NCBI RefSeq assembly: GCF_022539665.2
Contig: NC_081331.1
Span: 3,410,001 to 3,474,000 of the forward strand
Direction of reading: 5' to 3'
Length of the DNA stretch: 64,000 nucleotides
Source of the DNA: Daphnia carinata
Taxonomy: Eukaryota
Below the pieces are notes generated by a model. That model searched no databases, was not told where the DNA came from, and saw only the letters and a program-made list of their open reading frames with translations. How positions within the stretch are numbered: the stretch's first letter is position 1; each line of letters begins with the position of its first letter. A program made the translations under genes and the position numbers. Positions 1 through 13,500 of the stretch are shown piece after piece.

Positions 1-341
1 AAATGTCGTTAATATATGTTGGGTTTGTTCAAGACGTTGAGTTGCACGGTCAGAACATGAACAAGTCTGAAAACGAGTTCTTTCTCGATAGTCTCCCCCA
101 CCCGACAGGATGGCCGCCATGGTTTTTTTTGGCTCCGCCCTATACTATATACATGTCCTTGTGTATACGTTGGCCAGCCCTAGTTTTCTCCTTCTTCATC
201 CCTTTTCATCATGCATTCCACCACTTCCCATTCTTTCTACCCTCCCCCCCTCCTCCTTTTAAAGAAAAATAAGTGTGTTCTTTCCCAAAAAGCAGTAGAC
301 ACGAAAAGCGGTAAATCGATGCTCGTCGGCCATGTTGGCTG

Positions 342-3300
342 TGACGTCACAGACGGAGTTCTGTGGCCCGGTTCCAAAGAGAAAAGGGCGAGTGGGGAAG
401 GAGTGGGAATAGGTTGAGGCACGTTTTCTCCCGTTGAGCTATTTGCAGCAGCAAGAGAGAGAGAGAGAGACTCTGTGTGTGTGTGTTGTGTGGACTCATT
501 CCGTACACACACGCACGCCCAGTTATTTCTTTTGGCCGTGGCCTTGCATTCTCCCCACACACACAGAAGAAAGATGGATGTCTATTTGTGTGTGAGTGTG
601 CAAGTCGATATGAAAAATTGAGGCAGAAAGAAAAATGGCTCCGACTGTTGGGTACAATTTCCCAATTCTTTTTCTTCTTTCTTTTAAAACCAACTGTATT
701 TGATGCCTGGAGGGCCATCTTTTTAATACAGGTCAACTAAGGAAAAGTTGTTGAGAGGGAGGGAGGGGGTGAAACATTCCAGGGCCTAAACTAAAAATAG
801 GATAAACAAAAACCTTTTTTTGGCGGAAGAAAGAAAAATTGTTTTAAAGCAATAAACTAGAAAGGCCTTGGAAATCGACGAAACGTGAAAATGTCCAACG
901 GATCGGAACGTTGAAAATCTTTCAAGTGTGTCGCCGAATTATTAGCCGATAGAAACAAAAATAAAAACAGGTTTCAGCGAAAATGTATCTACACAAATAC
1001 TTGGCAGCATGGACTGCGGACTGTGACGCAACTTGGCCTCAATTTTTCCTTTTTTTCTGTTTATTTTTTTTTTCCTTAAAAGCAAAAATGAGTTCTTTTG
1101 TTTATTATTCAGACGACGGCGCGCAGATCGCCGCCCTTTTTATCACGAGGGACGAATGAATGCAGGAAACGTGTGGCCATTTTTACACAAAAACACGCAT
1201 CCTATCAGCGTGAAAGGGAAACAAGATACGGGCAGGCAGCAGACGTCATCACGTGGCTTGCATTTTATCGATCAGTGTAAAGTTTAACTTTGAAACAATT
1301 TTCTTTTCCACAGGGCGTCTCTCGGTCGTCGGAAAGGAGGTGGCTAAAGAAATAGTGATAAAAGGACATGGAATGAAAGAACACAAAGAAGGTCTGATTA
1401 GATAGGGGGGAGGGCTCTTTCTGGGTGGTGATTGGTCACGGGTAAGTGACGTCAGCATATTTTGCTTTTATAGTTCTTCCCTTTTTCGCTAAAGCCCTTT
1501 TCAGAAAAAAATTTGGGGTTTATCTGTTTACAACCCCTCAGGGGACGAATGGGCGCAGGTCATGGAAGCCCCAGCCAGCTGGGGCCATTGTTGTGACGTC
1601 ACAGACCACCTTGAGGCGTCGTGCCAGCCACACATCCGTCGTCTGCTGACGCAGTAACGCGTCGCATGATTTTTCTTTTTGGTGTGTGTAACTCTCTCAC
1701 GGATGCCGGTTTCACGCGATTTGCTCGACTACATATTTCAACAATGAAACACAAGAAGAAATCAATAGTGATATTTTCATGTGTCAAACTGCGCATGTGC
1801 CGGAAGTTTTCGTCGGCACTCGATGGCCACAACGAATCGATAATGACGCAGCTTCGACTTTGAACGGGCACGATCGATTTTGATTGGTGTGTAGGAAAGA
1901 AAAAACGAAGCGGTTCAACGAACCAAAACATGAAATCGATATCTAAGAGGAAAAATAAAAACTTTCACTCCGTATTTAAGCTCGTATAAAAATATGATCT
2001 AATCCCTTTTTGGGATGAAAGCCAAAAGTGTGTAGCAGCGAAAAAAAAAAATGGCACGGTCACGAAATGAATAAAGAAATGGCGTGCGTGCAGGGTTGAA
2101 TCGTGAGAGGCCATTGATTACCATACGTCTTTGAATGTAAATAAATTAAGATAGGGAAAACGTGACTGAGGCTGCAGCTCAAGTCTTCATCAAGATATTT
2201 ATTTTAACTAGAATTTCTCTTTCTAAACACAAGAAAACATGATCCATCAAAGACGAGAAAAACCAGTTTCCAAACTTTTTAGCCCACAGCCACAGACCTT
2301 GATGGCGCCTTATATGGCCATCTTTCTCTCTTTAGATATTTAAATTCTTTTGCCATCAACAGCTTTTTTTCCCTCTACCTTTTTCGTTCGCAACGACGGC
2401 CATATAGGGCACACCATGGTCTCTAATCCGGTTCTTTTTTATCCTTCAATTTTTTTTTTGATAATATTTAAGCAAACTTTTACACGAGTCTCGGTATCAA
2501 CGCCATATCGTGCGATTTTGGGACACTTTTTTAACCTTGACCTTGAACTTTCAAATTGTTTTTTTTTTATGGATTAAACTCTTTCACAGATAGGGTCAAC
2601 AGTCAAAAGAGGTCAAAAGAGGTCGTTCAACCGTTAATTGGAAGACCGTTTGGGGTCCGGGGAAGGTCCCGTTTAAAGAGAAAAAATAAAAAAAAAGACA
2701 ATGGAATTTATTTTTGGTTTGTCTACTACACAAATAATAACAAAGAGGACACAGGACCAACTGTTGTTGGCACTCGGTGCTGCTCCAGGCCATGACGTCA
2801 TATCCGCCTAGCGGGAAAGAAAAGAAACGGCCACAACAACGGGCTTACCGCAAGAGAGGAAAAACAAAAAATAAACCGATAAAAATGAAACAACTTCCCT
2901 TCAAGCGTGAATTTCTTCCAGTCACACACAATCGAGGAAAAAAAAAAGCCTCACAATCGAGAGCCTCGCGGCATTGGGCCAGTAAAGAAAGAAGAGAAAG
3001 AAGCCCATTTGTTATTGTTGTTGTGGGGAAACGTTCTCAAGGCTACGGTGAAAGGAACCGTGACTCCATCTTGTGGCTGGCCATTTGAAAGGGAAAAAAA
3101 TCGCGCCGTCTTTACCAGGAAGTCGTCACGATTTCTGACTTTATGGCAATTTTCATTTTATCACATTTGGAGAAAACAATCTTATGTTGGGCACACCGTA
3201 TTCTCTTGTAACAAAAAAGAAAACCTGCATCAAAATTACAGTCACGCCCTTTTCTGTTGGAATCATTGTTGAAGATTGTCCTCGATTCGACAAAAGAAAA

Positions 3301-3357
3301 CAGATCAAAATCCTAAACAGACCTTGATTGAAATTCTCAGCTTGTCCCATGACGTCA
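342..3357. promoter_or_regulatory. Cluster of five perfect CRE palindromes plus a CArG box
   Basis: TGACGTCA at 342-349, 1447-1454, 1594-1601, 2793-2800 and 3350-3357. CCTTATATGG (CC(A/T)6GG) at 2308-2317. CGTCA followed by CACGTG at 1244-1255. Confidence 0.6.
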
Positions 3358-3437
3358 TGATACGGTCCTTGTGACACAACACGCGAAGAGGATTCTAAGA
3401 TGCCCTGATTTAGAGTCGTTCTCCTAAATTGTCTTAC

Positions 3438-4025
3438 CTGCGTTTGTATGGAGCGGGGATCTTGAGGGAATTCTGGACGTCACGAGTAGATGCTTTCCAC
3501 TCCAAATCGACAAGTTTTCCTGAAAAGGAAAAAAATAAATAAATAAAAGTAATTTTTACATTCGAATCACACACAAAAATATAAAGGGAAAAAAATAAGT
3601 TAAAGTCACTTCACCCATCTTATTTTCTTGGAAAAAACGACAACAACACACAAAAAAAACAAACCTTGGCTGCAATGTTATAACAATGTTGATTAGCATG
3701 CAACTCTCATTCGACTACTTCACGAGGAAATAAAATTGTTTGAATGATGGGAGGTCTGGCAACGACTTATGAAAAGGTAAATGAAACCCTTCCAGGCTTC
3801 GTTTTTTGGTTGTTCGAGTTTATTTATCGTTAAAACGATCGAAATGACCTTACCTCACGCTGCCGGCTTCTCTGACTCACTCGAACGCAACGCGTTAACC
3901 GAAGAAATTCACCCGCGAAACACACAACACGAAAAACTGTATTTAATGGCCGATAAATGCGAAACTTTCACAGCCAACTCGGCGCCCGTTGGGTGTTCAC
4001 ACAGGCATCGACTGTTCAAAACTGA
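3438..4025 (-). other. Putative 5' non-coding exons of a minus-strand gene whose body lies left of the window, divergent from Tim9
   Basis: TCAGTT initiator-like motif at 4025-4020. GTAAG donors at 3853-3849 and 3437-3433. Polypyrimidine-CAG acceptor at 3522-3520 defines an 82-nt exon (3519-3438) with no ATG. Confidence 0.5.
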
Positions 4026-4191
4026 GGTAAACATTTTAGGATGCAGCTGCAACCACTTCCTTTTTTAATCTAACATCAGGTGGCAGCATGTCATAGTGGT
4101 AGAAATTCGACATGGAGGAAATAAAACACGAGGAAACGTTGTCTGCTACTGAAACATTAGTGCCAACCAAAACGAATTCTCATTTTAAACA

Positions 4192-4780
4192 ATGACTTCC
4201 GAAATAGTCGACGCGGCAAAAATTGAAGCAGAACAAATTAAATCGGTAATTATTCGTATTTTTCTTGTGATCAAAAATTTGTGTTCGATTCTCAAAGTTA
4301 AGTGCTGTCTCATTGATCCCACAAAAGCTATCCTTCCGTTGCCACCACCTAAACTGTGTCGTTTATTTTAATTTCTTCTCAAAGTATTCAGGGTTCTCAT
4401 TCTGTTCCTGTGGCTGTCACACACTAGTTTTTAGATCTTGTATTTATTTTCTCCAAAATTTTGATTTTCTGGTATATAAAAATTTATTTTACTTTTTTAA
4501 CAGTTCCGGGATTTCCTCTTCTCATACAACAAACTTTCTGAGCTCTGCTTTGTAGACTGTGTTTGGGACTTCACCTCCAGGACTATCAGAGATCAAGAAG
4601 TAAATTAAAGGAATTTTTTTTTTATTAATGACTATATTTTTTTTTCTGTACTAGAACAACTGTGCAGTCAATTGTGCAGAGAAATTTCTTAAAGCAAACC
4701 AGCGGATATCCCAACGTTTCCAAGAATTTCAAGTCATATCTAATGAAAATGCGTTGGCAATGGCCAAGAAGGCAGGATAA
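4192..4780 (+). CDS. Tim9: Mitochondrial intermembrane-space small Tim chaperone Tim9 (91 aa, 3 exons: 4192-4245, 4504-4599, 4655-4780)
   Basis: Spliced translation MTSEIVDAAKIEAEQIKS-FRDFLFSYNKLSELCFVDCVWDFTSRTIRDQE-NNCAVNCAEKFLKANQRISQRFQEFQ... has the twin CX3C motif and Tim9-typical flanks. Introns are canonical GT-AG. Confidence 0.93.
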
Positions 4781-6284
4781 GTCTGTTTTTCATGTGTTCA
4801 TGTAGATTTCCAGTTTTCCTAATAAATAATTAATCAAATTTGATATTCTCGCCTGATACAAATCATTTGTTAGCAGCACGACAATTTGCATGTCTTCCCC
4901 CACGCTGGGGCTTAATAAGGAAATATCGGGTTGTACAGGTTATTCACCTTATGCCAGTGAAATTGCCTATTTTTTTTTTACCATGAAGCCGATCATGGGA
5001 AAACCCATATCCTTTCTATAGTTGTATTTGTACCCCTCGAAAAAATGAAAGTTGAAATAATTATGCGGATAAGTCAAGCGCATTACCGGTGGCGGGATAT
5101 CAAACCGCACCGCCGCCCAAACAAATAATTGGAGGAAAATCTCTGCTTGTAACGGTATTTGGCGGATATATTTTTTATTTCTTGTTAGAATGCAAGTACG
5201 CTTAAGACATTTTTGATTCTGTAGACACTGACTGTTGTGGATGTGTAAAGGGTTCTCCATTTCACTCAGGTGGTAGATAGCGTCTGGAATGGTGTTAGGT
5301 GTTTAATACTATTTTCAGAAAACTGTGCTTCCTAATGTTTAAACTATACCGTTTCATGCTGCCTTTTTTGGCCGTCAGTTGTTGGATACCAGTAAGTCAA
5401 ATAATTTGCTTATGTCTTTGTTGATATTTTGAATGACAATCATGCAAAAAAATACTAAAAAACTAGCGAGAGTCAAACAGTTTTCCGACATCCGAGGAGC
5501 TCAATCCGAAGGAATCAATTCCAGTTAATAACAATGACGAGGTACTTTTAAAAATCCTGTTCAAATCATTTTATATGTATGATTGGCCTAGTTACAAAAC
5601 GGATTTGTGCGGTATAAAAAATAGATTAATATCAAGAAGTCAACCGATCAGGATTTGAATAGCAACTTGCCGAGAGATGCAGCAGACGTAGTCGGAATTC
5701 TGATTGACGTTGTTTACAGCCTGAATCAGACGCTTTTGTATGGCGCTTCGTTCCTTCGAATAATTAAATGGTTCCTCTTCATCCTCAAATTCATCGGCTA
5801 AAGCAAAATTAAACTCACGCTCATCCATAAAACATTTCGTACTCTTTTTGTTTCATAACGTTTCGCCCATGTTCCAAACCCGTTTATATTGATTTGTAAC
5901 TTCCCACGTAGGCCAAAAAGAAATAAAAAGTTTTGTTATGTTAACGGCCAATATATTGAAAATAAAGAAGACTAAGAAAGATATACCCATCAAACGGATG
6001 GAGGTACTACCTACCTGTACAGGTATACCAGAAAAAATGGGGAAGGAGATGCGGAAGCCTTGAAGGCATATGTCTTCAACCTCGTTTAGTTACCCTGTTA
6101 TTCTTCGGGTCATATCATATGCTGGCGAGCTGTCATTGTGGAACAACACTAGTGGTTTGTGTGGAGAACATATCATTTATCGCTCCAGCTAAGAAGACGT
6201 GTCACACTTATTCAATAGCCCCAAGACAACTGGACAAATCAACAAACCAGGGCGAATTACGTTAACTTTGCATTTGTGGTATAC

Positions 6285-8520
6285 ATGGAACCATACAATT
6301 TACAACGTTGGATCGTATTTGTGCTGGTATTTGTGGAACTGCCCATGGCTGCGGAAGGAGCCAGATTACGGAAAACGGTGCCGACTCCCACTTCGTCATG
6401 GCAGCGCCAGGTATTTAGACCAAGTAGATTAAGAAGTTTTTCTTGTTATTATAACATCCTTTATGCACATCGAAAATGTTCTCAAGATAGGCATGCGATG
6501 CAAAAGAAGGCAAGCAAGCGGTGCACTTCACGTGTACGCCCGATGGCCAAATCCAATGTTTCGAAGGGTGGACGGGTGACTTGTGCAATGTCCCCATTTG
6601 CAAGAAAGGTTAGGATACTTAAAGCATTTACCTAGAACATTGTAATACAATACGAGAATGGCTGATGGCCTTCCTGTAATAGGCTGCGATCCCCTGAATG
6701 GACACTGCAAGTTACCAGGAGAATGCCGCTGCAAGTTAGGTAGAACTCTAATCTTTTTGTTTTACCAACTCATTTCCCAGAAGGAAAACATGTTTATATT
6801 GATTCAATGAGTAGGATTTTCTGGTGAACTTTGCCGCGATTGCGCTTTGTTGCCCGGATGCGTTCACGGGACGTGCAACAAGAGCTTCGAGTGCCAATGC
6901 AAACCAGGATGGACCGGCCTCTTTTGTTCTCAAGGTACCGACCATTCTATGAAGAACCAACAGGTTGCTAACCGGAAGCTTCTTGATTTCTTGTCCTCAT
7001 TCCGAAGATCGAAACCCGTTCAATAAACTATTGTCACGACATTTGATCGTTTGGTTTTTCCATTCACTGCATCATTATCTAATATACTTGTTGTGTAAAT
7101 AATAATTGCTTCTATTCTAGCTTCCTGTACACCATTAGACGACCGTGCCTACGCAAAATTTTAACAAACTAAACACGTAATAACCAGAAAATCGTGTTGA
7201 AGAGTGTGAACGAATCTCAGGAGATTATCAGCACATACACATATTTATATTTACCCTGTAAAAAGCCTCAGCAAATCTAGGGCATGTGTCAAGGGAGTAA
7301 ACACACGTTGAATTATTTACATTGCGAAGGAGCCAAAAGTGCATTGCGAATATTGTTGTTTAAATTTGTTGTTCAGCTACTTCAACAAACGTTTTAAAGG
7401 CGAGGTTACTGTAAACGTCCAGGTGAATGCAGGTGGTAGCTTAATCATTCAACAATGGATAACTGGCTGCCGAAATGGAATTTATGAGATATCTTCAGAC
7501 TGCATTTATTATCCGGATTCACGGGCTGTTACCTTTGTCAAAGTAACAAGAGTTGACTGTTTCGGATATTCTCAAAGTGCATGATTGTATCTCATTGAAA
7601 AGTTTGTTTGCGCTTCGTATGTCTCGGTAAAATCAGTACAGTGAATGGCGCACACTGTCTTTGACGTAGACTAAGTGGAACCACCCGCGTCATTTCTAAT
7701 AATAATTTTCTAATTAGCATGCTGCAGACCTGAGGCCAAAGTAGACGACCAAAAAAAAAAATCCATAATGTCTCCGATCTAATATTGATTTATTTAAAAT
7801 TCATGCAGACGTATGGAGAAGAGGAACCGGTCCCGAGCATGATTATTGTCACTTTCTTAATCGATAGAGGTGTACGGAAGACACATTTATCACTCCTGAT
7901 CTGGTACACCAATATGTGGATGGAAATCGTCCTTAGTTCATTCATTTTGCTCCTTTACTTGAACATAATGCGCGTTTTGTTTTATTCACGCTTGAACCAT
8001 TGAACGCTGTAGACAGGTAGGAGGATGGAGAATCTTACGTCATGTCTACCATGTTTAGATGAAATCCAATGAGACTCAGGTGTTTCACTGTCACCTCGAG
8101 CGGGCCAAATTCCTTTTACGATTACGTTGGATTAATTTGATTCTAATCTCTTTGTTGTACGAAAATCAAACCAACACATTTTTATTCTTGGCTTTAGCCA
8201 ATGCGCAGCATATAGTTGCAATAGCTATGGGTTGCTATGTGCGTTGGTCTAGTGACATTTAAGAGAAAAACAAGAAAATTTGAGCCATTCTGCTTAACGA
8301 TACTGGGTTAGTCGGTTCCATCCTCCGTATCCATTATTCGGAAGAGACCGAATGTTGCCGATTGATTTGATATTCACTGAATGATTTTCTACTTTTACGA
8401 AATCCCTTTTTTTTTTCTGGTTGTTCCTTTTCGTTTTTAATAATCAATACGAAATAGAAATAGATTTGTGTGCTGCAAACAGTTGCCTCAATGAAGGAAC
8501 CTGCTCCGGTCTAGGCTAAA
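6285..8520 (+). CDS. Secreted Delta-like/C901-type EGF-repeat protein; intact exons 6285-6410, 6491-6608, 6683-6739, 6815-6934; later exons look degenerate
   Basis: Signal-like WIVFVLVFVELPMAAEG, then HFTCTPDGQIQCFEGWTGDLCNVPICKKGCDPLNGHCKLPGECRCKLGFSGELCRDCALLPGCVHGTCNKSFECQCKPGWTGLFCSQ (DSL/DOS-EGF pattern). Remnants RGYCKRPGECR near 7400-7431 and DLCAANSCLNEGTCSGLG* near 8464-8518. Confidence 0.75.
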
Positions 8521-9167
8521 TAATGGAATGGCTGCACAAGTGGGCAATATCACATGCCTTTGCTCTGCTGCATATAGCTAAACGCTTTCTCTAGTGGAGC
8601 TCGAATGAAACCAAAGTAGGAAACGGGAAATTGTAGTCGAACCATTCTTCCGTACATCTTAAACCTCCAGTGGGTACGCAGACTAGATTTTTTTTTATGA
8701 CTGGGAGCTATTAATATGTCTGATGCTCAGAATCAACGCCAAAAGAAAAACAACTCAAGGAAGAAAATCGACATTAGTTCGAATGACCTGCATTTCAGGA
8801 CGAAATGCACCTGTAACTCAATCTGAAAAAAAGAACAGTGACCACCAGATGAAATGATTTAAATGAGACATTTGGGTATCGGTGCATACACATACATGTT
8901 GTATTGAGCCCTCTTGTAATCACATCTATTTAATATCATATACTATATAATATACTATCATATGTCATAAATAGCAATTGATAAATTTTTATACTCCATA
9001 ATTTTTTACAAGGGAATGATATCGTTAGAACAAGTAAGAATAAGCGTGTCTTTGTTCCGAACGAGAGATCATCTTGGATTATACCCTGAAATTGGAGAAA
9101 GAAAAAGAAAATGAACGGAAAAAGGAGAGTTTTTTGGAGGGGTTGTTTTGGTTGTCGTTTGCTTCTT

Positions 9168-10458
9168 TTAAGAACTCTGTTCCGCAACATATGGAGCGGT
9201 AGACGTCTGTGGTGCTTCCGTGTAGAAAAGCGCCCGCTGGATTCCGCCAAAGATTCGATCTGCGAAGCGGACTACAAGGCATCCTCGAATCTCTCTGAAG
9301 AAAGAAAGCAAATTCTTTGTTGAAATTTCGTCATCACTATGATTGTATGATGGTTGTAGAAAATGTTACCTGGCTGAGCAGTCGTAGTAGCGGTGAACGT
9401 TGGACTTGAGAACTTCTTCCGCCACTCGGAAGAAGTTTAGGTTATCGTAGTCCTCGGCGCCAATAGCCGAATGCAAAATCAGGCACATCGAAGTCTCCAC
9501 TTTACCCGTTAATCTGAAAATATTAATATCAGTTAGTTTATATGTTGAAAACAATAAGCAAAAACAAAGGTAAACTCACTGTCGGATGTTTTGATGCTGG
9601 GCATGGTTTTCAGAGGGGCAAAATCGGGCGGAATCATAAGCGTCACGAATCATCAAATGCAAATGTGCTGCTGTTATCATCATGCCACGGTAGACCTCTT
9701 CCAGTTGAATTTCTCCCTATTTGACCGAAATAGTAACATTCACGTTTCAATGAAAAGGGTTAAGTCGAGAAAGTCTTACCGTAGCTGAAACTAGTTGATC
9801 GTCATTGGGCAGTGATTGCAACTGGATGCCATCGCATTGGTGCAAACCCTTCAGGTAAAATAATAACTTTTAGGAAACAATTTTATGAAATAAAATTTTA
9901 TTTGACTAACCGTTGGCGGATAAATGTGGCGGGCCAAATGCATAGCTTCCAAGACGACGAGCTTAAACTCTTGGGCAAGAGCGGACCTCTCCTCGCTGGA
10001 ATAGTTCCGATTGGCGTAGCGGTCCCGGAGAGGTCCGAGGAATCCCAGGGTCTGTTGTTCCAGTGTAGCGTTAGTGTCCAGAGTCCTCAATGGTGCTGGC
10101 GTGGCTTGTTGGACATTTGAGTCAAACTGATTGACCGGTCGTTCCGTTGCTATTCCGGGCCAACTTGGCTGTGTTGGGTTCATGGTAGACGAGGCTGCCA
10201 TGAATCCACACGGATTGGCCAGGAAGTTAATGAATGGAAATCGCAGCAATGTCTCAACGGTTTGCTGCTGCCTCCAAGAACGCGGTGGACTTACCGTTGC
10301 CGCTGAGACACTTGTCCGCGATATGAAACAAATGCAGCCTATTTGGGACCATTGAAAATAGCCAGTTGAACATTGTCTTTCGATTCCGATTTAATTGAAA
10401 TGAATAGAGAAAAATAAGACTTACAAAAAGCGAAGTAAATTATTGTTTTGTAGAACAT
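9168..10458 (-). CDS. Secreted 312-aa orphan protein, candidate helical cytokine (exons 10458-10425, 10338-9911, 9848-9780, 9716-9580, 9513-9370, 9294-9168)
   Basis: Six exons join in frame through canonical GT-AG sites (939 nt including stop). Signal peptide MFYKTIIYFAFCCICFISRTSVSA. TATA box about 125 nt upstream. The gene model is well supported; the function is inference. Confidence 0.8.
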
Positions 10459-10580
10459 TTTTTCTGCCACTGTTTAGAATTTAGAGTCAAAAATAGGGTT
10501 CCGGTTCTGTCTTGGAGACAAGAGGCAAGTAAAGGTAAAGAAGAAGATTCAGACTGATGAAACAGAGAAACATCGCTCCT

Positions 10581-10587
10581 TTATATA
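10581..10587 (-). promoter_or_regulatory. TATA box of the secreted orphan gene
   Basis: Minus strand reads CCCTGTATATAAGGAG. TCAGT initiator-like motif lies about 25-30 nt downstream (10557-10553). Confidence 0.65.
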
Positions 10588-13500
10588 CAGGGGCCTGGAG
10601 AATTGCAGCTGAGCGATCCTACCAGTTGCTCCTGCTCAGTACGGTCCATCCGTAAACATGACGTTGACTGTGTGGGCGGAAGACGTGGAAGCGCAGGTAG
10701 CTCCTTGCTACCTGCCTCTCTCTACAGTTCCTCGTAGCGTCGCGGTGGAGTCGACGCCCAGTCTTTCATGATACGTCGGCCGTTGAAACATCAGCAGTCT
10801 CCAAGTAAACTGGTACTTGATAATCTGTGGGAGGAGAACTAAAGAATTGCAAAATAACGTGAGGACCTTTCAATGAAATATGCAAATGATGCACGAGGAG
10901 TACGGAAAAAAAAAGTAAAGGATACAATTTATTTTTTTTTTTTTCAAAATTTATCAATCATACGTGGTGGCCTAGATATATGAATAGTACGTTTATTATA
11001 CGATTTCCCGAATTCAAGTCTTCCTACACGGAACAATTGTTACTTTACCGAGCCAACGGGCTTCTGTTGCCGATGAACAGATAATAAGTTCAACGAAGTT
11101 GCTATCAAATTTTACCGTCAACGATGTGACCCGTGCACGGCAAGCATGAGGCTCAACGGCTAAACAATCATATGTAATGAACGTGAGAAAGACTAAGACA
11201 AACGCATAGTCTATACAATGTGGGGATTTATTTGGTAAAACAAGAAGTTGAATTCTTAATTACAGATCCCTACAAGGGCAGACATAACGGCAGGCCGACT
11301 AAAATCAGACGTCCACATATTTAATTACCAATCAGCTACCCAAGGTTAGAATGAGAATGAACTATTTACTTGTAAGAAGGAGGAGGCTGTGCGACGTTCA
11401 TTTCAGCCGACCGCGTTTCACCGAAGTACTATGTTATGCGTCGACCTCGACTTTGAATGTAGAAATCCTTATAGTTTAGCCGGTTGATGACGCGGAGACA
11501 GGTGAGTTACCTCCCACACGCACCATGATGGTTCAATGTCACTATTAACTTAGGGTATGCTGCAGATGTGAATGTACTGAGTTTATGAAATATGTGCATT
11601 TCAAATAGTTGGTACGTTGAAATCCGACTTCAAATTTTTGTCTTTCTTTGGTAAACGATAAAATTCTTTTAAGCTTTAACTTCAAAATCTTTTTACTTTT
11701 CGAATTTCCACTAAGGTGGTGCATTGTTTATGACTCCGATGGCATAGAAGGCGGTTGCAAATCTTTGTGCATCTACGGCCTTAACTCAATAGACCCCGTG
11801 GAAAGAATTAGCATTTTATTTAGCCTCATGTCCCGCGTGATTTGGCGTTAAGGTTCAGTACCTCTGTACTTCACATCGAAGAGTTTGCCAGTTCCTCGCA
11901 ATATCAGCAATATTTAGAGCTCTAAAATCACGTTCGCCGTAGCCAAGTTGCTTTCAGTCATCAACGTTTCTGGTGAAATGTATAATATTTAAATCATACT
12001 CACGAAGACTTTGTCTCTAGCTCTAAGAAATTAGAAGACTCATTGGCCCTGCATCACGTTAGCTATAGAGGTATTTGCTCATACCTGTGTTAATATATTC
12101 TAATGGTGAAACTAAAAACTTCTATTCATCAGTCATACAAGTAACCAGATATGTAAAAGACCTTCAACAGGGTTGCTTACCTGTCTTACTAGGCATGCAT
12201 GAACTTTCCGGAAGGATTTTATACGGTACCTTGTTGTCATCATATGCTTCATTAAAAAGTTTTAAAGAGATTAAAATGATGAGGCTTGTAGCGGGAGATT
12301 CAGTCCTTCATTTCGGACGTCTTTTCATTGATTCATCAAAACCGACAAAGTGTGGTCCACAAATGCATTGGCGATAAATTAAACTTTTAAGAGAAAGCTA
12401 ATTGGGCGGAGTCGCCCTTTTCTTGTGCTTATCTTAAGAGATCTTTGGGATTATGTCTGCATCAATTTGACCTTCAGGTATCAAAAGCATAGTCTGCCGC
12501 ATAAGCCAAATGAGTGGGTTAACACAAGGCCGTAAATTTCACTTCCAATAAAAACCAAGAAAGAAAAAAGGAATAAACTAAACGTGAAATAAAATGCAAA
12601 AAAAATTTCTTCGGCTCCTTCTGCATAGAAGCAGCTGATTGAAATTTTGTTCTACTAAAATAAAAAAAAACTGAATGATTTTCATGGTTACGCAGATATA
12701 ACAATCCAACTGATGGGAATATTAAAAGTTTAGAAAGGCGAAAAGCTCAGGCATTCACCAATGGTTTTGTGCGAATGGAAATCTTTGTAGAACGCAAACG
12801 CAATGAAAACTAAATCAGTAAACAACAACAAAAGCCTGAACACGTGACCTTTATCGCTTTTGCCAAAATCTTTGCATCTTGACGTACGTACAGTATATAT
12901 AGACGATTCTACGTATCTACCGTCTACATCCTCCACCCTCTCGTAAACATACCTGGCTTCATCCAAAGTATGAACGACAGCAAAAACATGCGACGTTTCT
13001 GATAAATAATTTTGAAAGCCCATTTGAATACGAAAAACAAACGATAATCCTCAAACAGGAGAGTGAAGAGTAATAGATAATCAGGCTTCTTTTTTCGTTG
13101 AAAGGAAAAGGAGAACGGAATTTGGCATTCGTTCCCAAGTAACATCCGCTAAGAACAATCAGAATTTGATCACCTCTGCCTAGTTGACATCAACAGTGAC
13201 GCGTAGGAGAATTCTACTTGTTGCATATATAGTCAAGGATAGATAGAAACCAGTGGGAGAGAAGTAGACTGTTTTGCTTCTTCCATGAAACCATTAATTT
13301 TTGCTTCTATTGTAAGCCAAATTGTCGTGCGAAAACCCCCGCAAACGACGGTTTTCGCACAGGGTGTGCAAAGTTTCAAGGAAATGAAAATGAAAAACGA
13401 GGTACCACCATTCAAGTTTTACGTCTGATTCCGAAGTCCTTCATCTGTATACAAGACGCCTTGTGAGCTAAATGCGTCCATCCGAGTCTCACTTTGGCGT

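Noticed and set aside
4860..5828. Acidic ORF MDEREFNFALADEFEDEEEPF... with possible downstream exons on the minus strand
   Set aside because: Could not splice it into a stop-free model or recognise a family; it may be a real or decayed gene.
12730..13023. 97-aa minus-strand ORF
   Set aside because: No recognisable motif or convincing splice context.
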